Shown: piece after piece, positions 1 through 8,810 of the stretch
How the letters are laid out: every line of letters starts with the position of its first letter
How positions within the stretch are numbered: the stretch's first letter is position 1
Virus record (IMG/VR): IMGVR_UViG_3300014073_000002
Coordinates: 61,218 to 81,217 of that record
Reading direction: 5' to 3' (one strand)
Length of the DNA stretch: 20,000 bases
From: an uncultured virus (IMG/VR IMGVR_UViG_3300014073_000002)
Taxonomy: Duplodnaviria > Heunggongvirae > Uroviricota > Caudoviricetes
Notes under the pieces: generated by a model
Database searches by the model: none
What the model was told of the DNA's origin: nothing
What the model saw: the letters and a program-made list of their open reading frames with translations, nothing else
Made by a program: the position numbers and the translations under genes

Positions 1-1
1 T

Positions 2-91
2 GATAAGCCAAGTCCACTAGTAAATTACCCTCAAATATGGGGTAAAGCTGATGTGATCGACCGTCATGGAAATATGATCAAGGTGGGCTAA
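2..91 (+). CDS. 3' end of a phage gene entering from outside the window (…DKPSPLVNYPQIWGKADVIDRHGNMIKVG*)
   Basis: Open frame from the window edge to TAA at 89-91, abutting the ATG at 92. Confidence 0.55.
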   Translation, partial: DKPSPLVNYPQIWGKADVIDRHGNMIKVG

Positions 92-466
92 ATGAGTGTC
101 TTTATGGGATGGTTTGGAAAGCCTGAAAAGCGAATAGTTATTTCAGCAAAGGGCCTAGAACAAAGGCTCACAGATATTTTGCTTAGTCTTATTGAAAAAG
201 ATACTGTGATCATGGTTTTTGGTGCTGAAGCGGGGCTAGTTCGGACCATTCCAAGACAATTCCAACAATTTATTTTTATTTGGGAAAGTGATTTAAGACT
301 AGATGAAGGGCTTAGATTTTCCAACCTTTTCATTGCTTCAGATCCTAAGCATCCGTTTAGCGCATTATCAGACCAATACTATTGCTTCGAAAATATGAAA
401 AACTTTACTGATGAGATCCTTTCTACCATTCCAAAACGTTTTGAGCATGATTTTAACAACAGCTAG
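92..466 (+). CDS. hypothetical phage protein (124 aa)
   Basis: ORF abuts the upstream stop (TAAATG) and ends 5 nt before the next promoter motif. Confidence 0.65.
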   Translation: MSVFMGWFGKPEKRIVISAKGLEQRLTDILLSLIEKDTVIMVFGAEAGLVRTIPRQFQQFIFIWESDLRLDEGLRFSNLFIASDPKHPFSALSDQYYCFENMKNFTDEILSTIPKRFEHDFNNS

Positions 467-471
467 TAGCG

Positions 472-512
472 TGGAATATCCTTAATTTTCAATTTTTGCC
501 ATAGCCCAAAAT
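472..512 (+). promoter_or_regulatory. putative phage late promoter 1 (TGGAAT-N29-CAAAAT)
   Basis: TGGAAT 472-477 and CAAAAT 507-512; same spacing as three other intergenic copies. Confidence 0.7.
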
Positions 513-541
513 AGTGTTTAAAGATTATTTGGTTAAATGCT

Positions 542-1069
542 ATGGCAACTTTTGAACTGGCTTCATTATCAGAAACTCATGAATTAATCACGCTTATCAA
601 AGATACGCTTGAGAAAGCAACACAGCAAAAAATTGCATACATTCTTGTCGATAAAATGCGTAAGGTGGCAGGTGTAGCAACAAAAGACGCCCTGTTTAAT
701 TTAGAAGAGGGGCAGTCTCTTACACTTACGTTAAGAACAGACGGCGACGTTATTAAAACTTATCTCAATAAAAAAGAGATCCCATTACGTCGAGTAATGG
801 ACTATGACAATCTAGAAGACTTTAAGGCTGGAATTGAAGAGTTAGCCCTCAAAATTAAGGCAGAACAACCCAAGTTTGATCAAGCCCGACAAAAACAACG
901 CGTTCAGGTTCCAAATGACCCCGCAAGCCGCAAAAAATCAATCAAAAAACAGACTGAAAGCGTTTTGATGCTGGTTGATGAAGCCAATAAAACAATTGCT
1001 GAAAAACAGCAGCTCTTAGAATCAAAACAAAATGAATATGCAGCTTTGACGAATGCAGGTACACCATGA
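542..1069 (+). CDS. hdf: Hdf-like (DarA N-terminal-related) head/anti-restriction protein
   Basis: GVATKDALFNLEEGQSLTLTLRTDGDV..LNKKEIP resembles P1 Hdf as recalled; C-terminal coiled coil; similar to a segment of the DarA-like ORF at 8811. Confidence 0.7.
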   Translation: MATFELASLSETHELITLIKDTLEKATQQKIAYILVDKMRKVAGVATKDALFNLEEGQSLTLTLRTDGDVIKTYLNKKEIPLRRVMDYDNLEDFKAGIEELALKIKAEQPKFDQARQKQRVQVPNDPASRKKSIKKQTESVLMLVDEANKTIAEKQQLLESKQNEYAALTNAGTP

Positions 1070-1434
1070 TTTTAAAGTTTCATATCTGCGTAATTTGCCT
1101 TGGGATGATTTGGTTTAGCTTCCTTCAATATCGACTCAAGTTTAAAAAAGCTGAAGGACAATCACTCTTGTATCGGTTCTCAGTGATTTGTAATAAGCAG
1201 AACCGGGCATTACTCGAAACCGTATTACAGACGAATAGGTTAAATCTTTTTTTTAGAATTCTAGTGAGCTGTACCCCTTTCTTATACGTCCTCTACTCTG
1301 AGGCAAGAGTATTAGAAATATTAGGGCTATGGTCCCTCGAAATTTGGATTTTTCTATTCATTCAGGCGCTCATGCTTTTGTGGCGTGTTGTTATTTATCA
1401 AACAGCATTTTCCATCGTAGAACGTTATTTATGA
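1066..1434 (+). CDS. small multi-pass membrane protein (holin candidate)
   Basis: 2-3 hydrophobic segments; ATGA overlaps with both neighbours (1066-1069 and 1431-1434). Confidence 0.55.
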   Translation: MILKFHICVICLGMIWFSFLQYRLKFKKAEGQSLLYRFSVICNKQNRALLETVLQTNRLNLFFRILVSCTPFLYVLYSEARVLEILGLWSLEIWIFLFIQALMLLWRVVIYQTAFSIVERYL

Positions 1435-1772
1435 GCTATCAATTAACCGTTGAAAACATTATTAAAATCGTCAATCACTGGCTAAGCGCAAGGCCAAATG
1501 GCTATATCGGCGTGAACTATGGCCGAAACTGGCAAGAAATTTTACTTAAACCCATGACTGAAGATAGTGCTGATTTGATTTTGCAATGGATGCGTGAAGA
1601 TATTCCTTTGTTTAGAGGATTGCCTACAAACACATTGAATATCAGAAGTCGCGCTATTGATATTGATAAAAAAGAATATTTTATTGAAATCGGTTCTATT
1701 TTGATACCACTCCCTTCACAAGCAGATTTAAGAAATCCGACAGGAGATACTTACGATGCCAACGCTAGCTAG
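1431..1772 (+). CDS. baseplate protein, P1 gp26 / gp25-like
   Basis: Likely start ATG 1431 (ATGA coupling); HWLSARPNGYIGVNYG motif; lies directly before the baseplate wedge gene. Confidence 0.65.
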   Translation: MSYQLTVENIIKIVNHWLSARPNGYIGVNYGRNWQEILLKPMTEDSADLILQWMREDIPLFRGLPTNTLNIRSRAIDIDKKEYFIEIGSILIPLPSQADLRNPTGDTYDANAS

Positions 1773-3207
1773 AATTCAGGAATTATCTTTACAAGTACTG
1801 CAAGATTATCCGACTTATGCAGCTCGTTATGCGGCTGGGGATCCGACTATTACGGCACCATTGCAAGTCATTCAGCATGTTTTAGCCGAGTTTGGCCGTG
1901 ATGTTGATATTTCAGAACTTGAACCCTTCAAGAAGACACGTGACGCGACCATTTTGGCTGATGCCAGTAATAAAGGCATTTTGCCTTTATGTACGCCGTG
2001 TCAGCACTATATTGAAGTCATAAATAACGGTAACAACAACTTATCGCTTGCAAGCGGTCGTGTGATTCTCGATGGTCAAGGACGCCCATGGCGTTTACTG
2101 CAGAGTGTGAATGCTGCGAAAGGTGAAATGGTAGCTGTTCTTGCTGAACAATCTGAATTAAGAGAGGTTACATATAGCCCAACCGTAACAGAACCATTTC
2201 ATTTTTACCCGCTTGACCTTCAAAGCGATGTAGATTTAGTGCAATTGTCGGTTACTGACCAAGACGGAAATATATATAGCTTTGCTAAACGTTGGATGAA
2301 TACCAACGCAAATGATAAGGCGATCGTCCTTACAACCAATACGCGCCGTAAAATGACCATGCAATTCGGTGATAGCACGCGTTTTGGCACAACTTTACAA
2401 GCGGGCACTGTTTTAACGATTCAGATTATTGAAAGTTTTGGGGATATTGATGCAGCGTTATTACGTGAGGCATCTTTAGAAACGGTTGAGACAGCAACAG
2501 AACAACGTGCTGTTATTCGCTTTAAAACTGGTGGGATATTTCGTACCGGTGCTGATTCTCTTAATACCGAGCAACTTCGCTTACTTGCCTCATATCCTGA
2601 TTTTGATGATGCAGTATTCTTGGGCAATTATAACGCTTCATGTTTAAAAAACTTTCTACCACGTTCTAATTATTTGAATGTTTGGAATGAAGTTGAACAA
2701 GAAGCGAATTACGGACCGAGCTATACAAGTATTAATAAAATGTTTGTGGCCGTAGCTGCAAAAACACCTGCAGAACAATCTTTATTACAAGAAGATGTGG
2801 CTAACTATATTGGATTAGTGAATAACTTGTATAAGGGCAAGGTTGTCTTTCATGCGGTCGAAGAAAGAGCTTTTAATTTAACAATTCAAGGATTACTTTC
2901 ACCAGTCCACAATGCTGAAGCTGTTAAAGAACAGATCAAAACCCTACTCTTAAAGTTTTATGGCCGTGAAACAACAGCGACGAGCTACTATATTGCTGAT
3001 GGCTTTAATTCCCAAGAAATCGGAAAACTTTTAAGTGACAATATCAGCGCATTTCAAGATCGTACGAGCGATTTTAAAATGATGATGGAGGATCTAGAAG
3101 ATAACCCGATTAAACCGCATCAGTGGACCTATTTAACGGCGGATAGTATTAACTTAGATATTAAACAAACTAAGAATACAGGGGGAAGCAGATGGTCGAT
3201 AATTTAG
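1756..3207 (+). CDS. baseplate wedge protein, P1 BplA / baseplate-J-like
   Basis: 483 aa; RBS AGGAG at 1742; TRDATILADA..KG and QFGD..FG motifs typical of baseplate wedge proteins. Confidence 0.75.
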   Translation: MPTLARIQELSLQVLQDYPTYAARYAAGDPTITAPLQVIQHVLAEFGRDVDISELEPFKKTRDATILADASNKGILPLCTPCQHYIEVINNGNNNLSLASGRVILDGQGRPWRLLQSVNAAKGEMVAVLAEQSELREVTYSPTVTEPFHFYPLDLQSDVDLVQLSVTDQDGNIYSFAKRWMNTNANDKAIVLTTNTRRKMTMQFGDSTRFGTTLQAGTVLTIQIIESFGDIDAALLREASLETVETATEQRAVIRFKTGGIFRTGADSLNTEQLRLLASYPDFDDAVFLGNYNASCLKNFLPRSNYLNVWNEVEQEANYGPSYTSINKMFVAVAAKTPAEQSLLQEDVANYIGLVNNLYKGKVVFHAVEERAFNLTIQGLLSPVHNAEAVKEQIKTLLLKFYGRETTATSYYIADGFNSQEIGKLLSDNISAFQDRTSDFKMMMEDLEDNPIKPHQWTYLTADSINLDIKQTKNTGGSRWSII

Positions 3208-3806
3208 ATCTACTTTACCCTCTAAAGCAGTCTGATACCTTTGATGAAGATGAAGCTTTTTTAAAAGAGTATTTCATTCGTTTATTTGAACTACTTTTCA
3301 AAGATCAACTCAACGATATTTACTATTACGGCATGCCTCATCTGGGTAGTGCCAATGTAGTCGAGCGTTTTACAAAACAAGATGGTTTGGTTGTACTCAG
3401 ACGGCCACAAGTAAGTGCTCTGATCATGCGGGTTATCTATGCAAATTGGAAATCTTTATCATCAAAACAAGGGCTCGCATTTTTAGAGTTCGTCCTTCAA
3501 ATGCTATGGCCTAATCAATGGAAAATTATTAGGCTCTATCACAGTATTTCACGGATTAATCGTTATCCTATTCATGTAACAGAGCATGAAACCGAAAACA
3601 GTTTCTTAACGTCACGTATTTTTATTCTCATGGATGATGAAGTAGACCGTCAGGAATTAATTGAGTTGACGCCTACGCTTCAAAATTTAGTACCGGCACA
3701 CATTTACCCGACCGTGGGGATCCGTATCAATCTAGGTGATTCAATTAATATCAATATGGGCGCTGCTATGGTTGGCGCTAAAGTTGGAGCTTTTCAGTAT
3801 CGATAA
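3192..3806 (+). CDS. baseplate/tail protein (gpI / P1 gp16-like wedge partner)
   Basis: Overlaps the wedge gene; QGLAFLEFVL..LW and LVPAHI motifs typical of gpI-like proteins. Confidence 0.6.
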   Translation: MVDNLDLLYPLKQSDTFDEDEAFLKEYFIRLFELLFKDQLNDIYYYGMPHLGSANVVERFTKQDGLVVLRRPQVSALIMRVIYANWKSLSSKQGLAFLEFVLQMLWPNQWKIIRLYHSISRINRYPIHVTEHETENSFLTSRIFILMDDEVDRQELIELTPTLQNLVPAHIYPTVGIRINLGDSININMGAAMVGAKVGAFQYR

Positions 3807-3823
3807 TTTTCAACGTTTTTGGG

Positions 3824-3864
3824 TGGAATTGCTTTAAAAGGCCATTTTTGAATGCTTGCAGAAT
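3824..3864 (+). promoter_or_regulatory. putative phage late promoter 2 (TGGAAT-N29-CAGAAT)
   Basis: TGGAAT 3824-3829 and CAGAAT 3859-3864; perfect 12-bp inverted repeat 3861-3872/3883-3894. Confidence 0.7.
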
Positions 3865-3899
3865 ATTCCGAACATTTCATATTTCGGAATATTCAAACT

Positions 3900-4526
3900 A
3901 TGCGAGCAAGTAACTTCGAGCAAACACTTCTAGACTACTGTCAGGACTACGAAACGGCCAAAAGCTTAGGTACAGCAATGTTGGCATGTAATGCCATGAT
4001 TGTCCCTGCTATTGCTCCTGATATTGCGCTATTAATTCCACAAGCGCCTCGACCAGTGACCACTTATACAGAACCAGCAGAGATCGTTTTTGCAGGTGGT
4101 CTACAAGCTCACCGCCCTGGTGTGCCGAAAACAAGTCATGAAGGTCAAATGCAGATGATCGAAACTGATACTGGTCAAATTGCTGGTTTTGCTGAACTTC
4201 TCATGGCAAACGGCGGTAGTACAGACTGTATCGTTTTTGATGGCCGTAAAGATCGTTTTACACTTGCCTACCAATTAACTGACTGCGCTATTACATTTGA
4301 GGGCGGTGAAATTGATGCAGAGGGCAGAAATACAATTATGAAAATTAATGCCCCAATCAAATATATGTATTTTGGTATGAACTCAAGTCTAGGTTCGTCA
4401 AGCCCCGCCGTAGGAAAAATGCAGAATGCAACACCAGCTTTTGACAAGTTTCTACGAGATGCAAACGACATTTTAAACTTTGTTCAAGCTGGTAACTCAC
4501 TTGTTCGAGCGTTAGGGCAGTTATAA
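3900..4526 (+). CDS. P1 BplB-like tail tube/baseplate protein
   Basis: ATG at 3900 (the 3852 start lies inside the promoter motif); EGQMQMIETDTGQI and YQLTDCAI resemble P1 BplB as recalled. Confidence 0.65.
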   Translation: MRASNFEQTLLDYCQDYETAKSLGTAMLACNAMIVPAIAPDIALLIPQAPRPVTTYTEPAEIVFAGGLQAHRPGVPKTSHEGQMQMIETDTGQIAGFAELLMANGGSTDCIVFDGRKDRFTLAYQLTDCAITFEGGEIDAEGRNTIMKINAPIKYMYFGMNSSLGSSSPAVGKMQNATPAFDKFLRDANDILNFVQAGNSLVRALGQL

Positions 4527-4529
4527 ATC

Positions 4530-4982
4530 ATGTTATTAAAACAATATGATGGAACTGTCCAAATCAGTGAAGCAGGTGCAATTTATGCGCTTGCTGAGCT
4601 GCTTTCAGATCATTACTTAGCGATCGGCTATAGCTTAGTAAAAGAGGACATTATTGAAGTCCTCAAAATGAACTTTTTATATTATGCGGGATGGGCCGTT
4701 ACAAAGGGCCAGCTGCAGACAACATTTCCGATCGATCAAAACTCAGTAATTTCAGTCGGTGAATGGGGAATTTTAGAGCCCGTTGTGCGTGCTCACATTA
4801 ATTTCATTCAAGCTCAACGTATGGAAGCAAGTGGGGCCATGGGTGGCGATCGTTTTGGTCTAACTTCAAGTGAAGCAGAACAAGCCTACTCGTTAGCAAA
4901 AGAAACAATGAAAAAGGATGCCTTTTTAGAAGAGCCTTTTACCATTGATTACGACTATCACAAGCCTCAGCGCTTTAAATAG
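4530..4982 (+). CDS. conserved phage morphogenesis protein (possible head-tail connector)
   Basis: 150-aa ORF inside the structural operon; YAGW and EWGILEP motifs; function not assignable. Confidence 0.55.
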   Translation: MLLKQYDGTVQISEAGAIYALAELLSDHYLAIGYSLVKEDIIEVLKMNFLYYAGWAVTKGQLQTTFPIDQNSVISVGEWGILEPVVRAHINFIQAQRMEASGAMGGDRFGLTSSEAEQAYSLAKETMKKDAFLEEPFTIDYDYHKPQRFK

Positions 4983-4996
4983 AGAGAGTTAAGACC

Positions 4997-5893
4997 TTGC
5001 GTATTGTGCTTTCAGACTCGTCAACAATCCCTTTAAATCGGCTGATATCGGTAGTACTTCGCTCTGATTGTATTCCAGTGCCTTTAACCGTTGAGTTTCA
5101 GGCTTCTTTGAATGCGGATCTGGAAGCACAGTTAAAAGAAGATAGCATTATCTACATGACAGATGATTATGTAGAAATGAAAATCATCAAAGCAGTAATC
5201 AATAGAACTTCTATTGTTCAAGGTGCTGAACGTCAGGTTATTGGTGCTTTTATTGCTGTCTTGGCTGGCTGCGAAAAACTGATTAAGCCCGCAGCCAAAG
5301 CCATATATCTTGAAAGTACTTCTATTGGGGCAGCTTTACGTGCAAGCGGTATCAAAGCTGCTATTTCCGAAGATGTGCCATTGATGAAGTTCTTTGTACC
5401 AAATGGAGCCATCCCGACTTATTTGATTGCCCGTGCTTGCGCTGAAGAAGCTGCGGTAATGTTTATTGATTCAGATGGTAAAATTGCAATTCGACGCTTA
5501 TCAAGTTTAATGCAGAGCGAACCTAAACTTAAACTCGATGCTTCAGCTGTAAGCTGGGTTAATAACCAACATCAAATCACGCACTCAATACCGTCCTATA
5601 TAACTGTAAATACTGACGGTAAAACGATTGAAGGCGAGATTAAGCCCGGTCAAATTGCTAAATTTCAGCCATCTCTAGATCCACGCCGTTTAAAGAATTT
5701 AAGTACTGCGTTGGTGGTAAAAGGCACTATTCAGCGATCTTTGAACCCAACACTTAACGCGGGTGATGTTGTTCTGATCAATAAAGAGAAGTATGTCATT
5801 TTAACGGCGGCACATAGATTTGACTCGGGAGCCTTAGGCGACGCGTCTGTATCAGTCTCAAAATTTTGGATTGCTCAGGTTGTTTCATTATGA
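4997..5893 (+). CDS. baseplate hub protein (gpD / P1 gp6-like)
   Basis: TTG start; 298 aa; lies directly before the spike; C-terminal LNAGDVV..YVILTAAH motif. Confidence 0.65.
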   Translation: MRIVLSDSSTIPLNRLISVVLRSDCIPVPLTVEFQASLNADLEAQLKEDSIIYMTDDYVEMKIIKAVINRTSIVQGAERQVIGAFIAVLAGCEKLIKPAAKAIYLESTSIGAALRASGIKAAISEDVPLMKFFVPNGAIPTYLIARACAEEAAVMFIDSDGKIAIRRLSSLMQSEPKLKLDASAVSWVNNQHQITHSIPSYITVNTDGKTIEGEIKPGQIAKFQPSLDPRRLKNLSTALVVKGTIQRSLNPTLNAGDVVLINKEKYVILTAAHRFDSGALGDASVSVSKFWIAQVVSL

Positions 5894-6405
5894 ATAATTA
5901 CAATGGTTTTTGGCCTGCAAAAATTGTATCAGTCGATCGTAATGGTAGAACTGCAAACGTTCAGATTTCACCTATCACAGATGGTTTAGAAAGTGGCATT
6001 AAAGCGACCTTTCAATATGCGATCGGAGAAGATGACTTTGATACTGAAATCAAAATATTAGAAGGTGCTGATGTCTATGTCTTTTTCTTGCAAGGTGATC
6101 CCTATAGTCCTGTAATCTGTGGCTATCGTTCACGTGGGGAAGGGGCTGAAGTGGGCCATCGACGGATCCGCCAAGAAAACATAGAGCTGCTTGCCGAAGC
6201 TAATATTTCATTGAAAGCTGATAACGAAATTTTGCTTGAAGCTGAAACCATACGTTTTAAGGCCAAAAATATTATTAATGAAGGTGATTCTAAAACAACG
6301 GGTAAACATGAAGTTGTAGGAAAATCGAATTTAGCGGGTGGTGCAACGATTAATGGTATTGAATTTGATGTTCATAAACACGGAAATAGTCCTGGTCCAA
6401 GTTAG
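5890..6405 (+). CDS. baseplate central spike (gpV / P1 gp5-like)
   Basis: ATG 5890 (ATGA coupling); N-terminal OB-fold-like region with VYVFFLQGDPYSPV; beta-repeat region; C-terminal HKH metal-binding apex. Confidence 0.8.
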   Translation: MNNYNGFWPAKIVSVDRNGRTANVQISPITDGLESGIKATFQYAIGEDDFDTEIKILEGADVYVFFLQGDPYSPVICGYRSRGEGAEVGHRRIRQENIELLAEANISLKADNEILLEAETIRFKAKNIINEGDSKTTGKHEVVGKSNLAGGATINGIEFDVHKHGNSPGPS

Positions 6406-6407
6406 GG

Positions 6408-6448
6408 TGGAATAACCAAAATGGCTGATTTTTAAATCATTTGACAAT
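6408..6448 (+). promoter_or_regulatory. putative phage late promoter 3 (TGGAAT-N29-GACAAT)
   Basis: TGGAAT 6408-6413 and GACAAT 6443-6448; perfect 11-bp inverted repeat 6431-6441/6455-6465 flanks the hexamer. Confidence 0.7.
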
Positions 6449-6478
6449 ACGGCCAATGATTTAAATAGTTGGTTAAAA

Positions 6479-8092
6479 ATGAGTACATTTGGCAATATCT
6501 TGTCCGCTGCGTTTGGCGCACGACAAGCCGAAATGCAGACACATATAACAAGTGATCTTAATTCAATTAATAAAGTTTATGAGAATTTTGCGCCGTATTC
6601 ACTTGGTACTTATTCCTCTAAAGAATTACAAGAGCGTGACCGAAAGCAGATCTATACGACCTATAAGATTATGCAGACGGATCCGACCATTGACGCTGCT
6701 CTAAACCTTTTAGTTACAGCGGCACTTGGCGGGCATGAAACTCGCGGTGAAGTTGTATTTATCTCACCTTCGGACCACATACGAAATGATGGGATTAGAG
6801 CCAAAAAATTACGTGCGATTGTAGAAAAAGAATCGAAGCACTTACAGTATCTCATTAATTCTTTTGTTTTTGCCTTTTCTCGAAACGGGATTACCTACGG
6901 TGATTCTTACGCACGTATTTATGCAGCAAAGGGCTATGGCATACATCACGTGCTATGTGATGAGCATGTAGAGCCACCAAATATTCAAGCATACGAACAA
7001 GCGGGGCAAACCGTTGGCTATCATGTTCTAGAAAAAGGCAATATTGATAATCGCATTCTGACGAAATTGACACGTTCGCAAATGATTCGTATGAAAATGC
7101 AGCGCATTGCCCCCGTTCCTCAGTTCCGAGTTGATCAGATTTATACTCAGCGGCTTTTAGAAGAAGACGATATCAGCAAAGTGCCAGTGATCCCGAGTCC
7201 AGTCGGCGGATCCTTTTTACAAAATGTTGAAACAGCATGGCGTGATGTCGTTCTTAACTTCACAGCACTCAACACACAGCAAATTGTCGATAGTGTCAAA
7301 ACTGCATTTTTGACTATTGATGTCTCTGGCATGCCACCTGAGAACCGAAAAATTTATAAAGAAGGTCTAACTGACGCAATTTTAAAGCAGCATGAAAAAG
7401 CCAAAGATGCATTAATGGGCGGGGATCCGCTTTGGGCAACAAATTGGATCGTGCTTCCACAGTGGGGTGACAAACAAGTCATGAACCCTTTGGGGGATAT
7501 AGCTCAGCGTAGCACACCTCTAAGTATGGAATTGGTCATGACGCATATGCGTCGTGCGGTCGGAGCACTCGGCTTAGATATTTCGTTGCTCGGCTGGGCT
7601 GATATGTTAGCAGGTGGTCTTGGTGACGGTGCAGCGTTCCATACAAGCGCACAAGTAATGCAACGCTCTGCATTAATTCGCCAAGCGTTGACTGAACCGT
7701 TAATTGACTTATGTATTCTGCATTTTGCCTATAAGTATGGTGAAATTTATCAGCGCAGTGATTTGCCTTTTAAAATCGAGTTCTATAGTGATATCAGTGC
7801 CGCAGCTACAGAAGCTTTAAATAATAAAAATACTCGAGCAAATACATTAATGATGACGGCTCAAAGTATTCAGTCACTTAAAGAGCTGAATTTACCAAGC
7901 CAAGCAAACACCGTATTACTTGATGAATATCTAGGCATGGATACAACAAAAGCAGATCTAATTGCTGAATCTATAGAAAAGGCAAAAGCTGAAGAAAGAC
8001 GTTTGCAACAGCAACAAAATGGATTGACTGACGGTGGTTCAGATCCTAATGAAGATCCTAACGCTGATGAAGGGGAACAAGATGGCGTTTAA
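6479..8092 (+). CDS. phage portal protein (P1 Prt-like)
   Basis: 537 aa; MQTDPTIDAAL, YGDSYARIY, GGSFL and LAGGLGDGA motifs; acidic C-terminal tail. Confidence 0.8.
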   Translation: MSTFGNILSAAFGARQAEMQTHITSDLNSINKVYENFAPYSLGTYSSKELQERDRKQIYTTYKIMQTDPTIDAALNLLVTAALGGHETRGEVVFISPSDHIRNDGIRAKKLRAIVEKESKHLQYLINSFVFAFSRNGITYGDSYARIYAAKGYGIHHVLCDEHVEPPNIQAYEQAGQTVGYHVLEKGNIDNRILTKLTRSQMIRMKMQRIAPVPQFRVDQIYTQRLLEEDDISKVPVIPSPVGGSFLQNVETAWRDVVLNFTALNTQQIVDSVKTAFLTIDVSGMPPENRKIYKEGLTDAILKQHEKAKDALMGGDPLWATNWIVLPQWGDKQVMNPLGDIAQRSTPLSMELVMTHMRRAVGALGLDISLLGWADMLAGGLGDGAAFHTSAQVMQRSALIRQALTEPLIDLCILHFAYKYGEIYQRSDLPFKIEFYSDISAAATEALNNKNTRANTLMMTAQSIQSLKELNLPSQANTVLLDEYLGMDTTKADLIAESIEKAKAEERRLQQQQNGLTDGGSDPNEDPNADEGEQDGV

Positions 8093-8750
8093 TTTTAATG
8101 AAGTTAGAAGTGTTGCGCAGCCACAACCCCAAGTATCACCAACACCGGTTGATGCAAAGCTAGAAACAATCACAGTTCAAGCATCAGGAAGTAAGAAATT
8201 GTGGGCGGGTCATTCGGCAGCTGAAGCCCAACAATTGTATCGAGAACTTTACGATTTAGGGGATATCGTCAGTGCTCATTACTTTGTAGAAATGAATCCT
8301 TACAACGACAATGACACAAAGGACCTTAGATTTTTTGATGATCAATTAACTGGTTTTTTAGCAACTGAAACAAACCTATCTGTAATCGAAGCTGATTACG
8401 AACAAGTCAAAGCTGGGGCTTTTTATTTCAATACATTAAGTGGTGTGCAAGATCCTGATATTCAGCTCACTCTACTTGAAACAAAAGACGCTCGGATTCT
8501 CACTAGCTTTATGCAGTGGCGTGCAATGATGGTTAATAATGATGGTACTCTGAATCCACCAGCAAGTTATGCAATGGAGCTAACAATAGGGCTTTTTTCA
8601 CGTGAACTAGGACTTGAAGACAAGCCTTTCGACCGTACGTTTTTAGTTGCACCAACTTTGGCATCCCTAGATAACCTTGCTTCAAATAATTTTGAATCTC
8701 TTAGAGTGCCTGTAACGCTGAAAGTTTTACGTCCTTTTAGCTTGGAATAA
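8082..8750 (+). CDS. P1 Tub-like tail tube protein
   Basis: ATG 8082 with RBS AGGGG; WRAMMVNNDGTLNPPASY resembles the P1 Tub segment VINPDGTGNIPSQY as recalled. Confidence 0.7.
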   Translation: MAFNFNEVRSVAQPQPQVSPTPVDAKLETITVQASGSKKLWAGHSAAEAQQLYRELYDLGDIVSAHYFVEMNPYNDNDTKDLRFFDDQLTGFLATETNLSVIEADYEQVKAGAFYFNTLSGVQDPDIQLTLLETKDARILTSFMQWRAMMVNNDGTLNPPASYAMELTIGLFSRELGLEDKPFDRTFLVAPTLASLDNLASNNFESLRVPVTLKVLRPFSLE

Positions 8751-8783
8751 CGAAGAAAGGGCAAAATTTACATCAGCGACAAT
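8743..8783 (+). promoter_or_regulatory. putative phage late promoter 4 (TGGAAT-N29-GACAAT)
   Basis: TGGAAT 8743-8748 (overlaps the upstream stop) and GACAAT 8778-8783; hairpin ATGAGT/ACTCAT 8782-8798. Confidence 0.7.
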
Positions 8784-8810
8784 GAGTTAAACACTCATAA
8801 GGCGAAACAG

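Noticed and set aside
67..107. TGGAA near the window start as a fifth late promoter
   Set aside because: It reads TGGAAA, lies within a coding frame, and has TTATGG rather than NANAAT at the conserved spacing
1329..1430. Upstream in-frame starts from the ORF track (1329, 3852, 5866, 8034, 13821, 17493, 17721)
   Set aside because: Downstream ATGs fit better with ATGA coupling, RBSs, promoter positions or the expected N-terminus
5890..6405. Idea that the phage spike is a VgrG that delivers the Tox-REase-5 effector (eCIS/T6SS-like)
   Set aside because: The spike ends in a gpV-type HxH apex with no adaptor-binding extension, and the portal and DarA genes indicate a DNA-packaging phage
8042..8062. 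Short repeats GATCCTAA x2 (and GAACCT repeats near 10463)
   Set aside because: They encode low-complexity acidic linkers (DPNEDPN, EPEPE); not a CRISPR or iteron array
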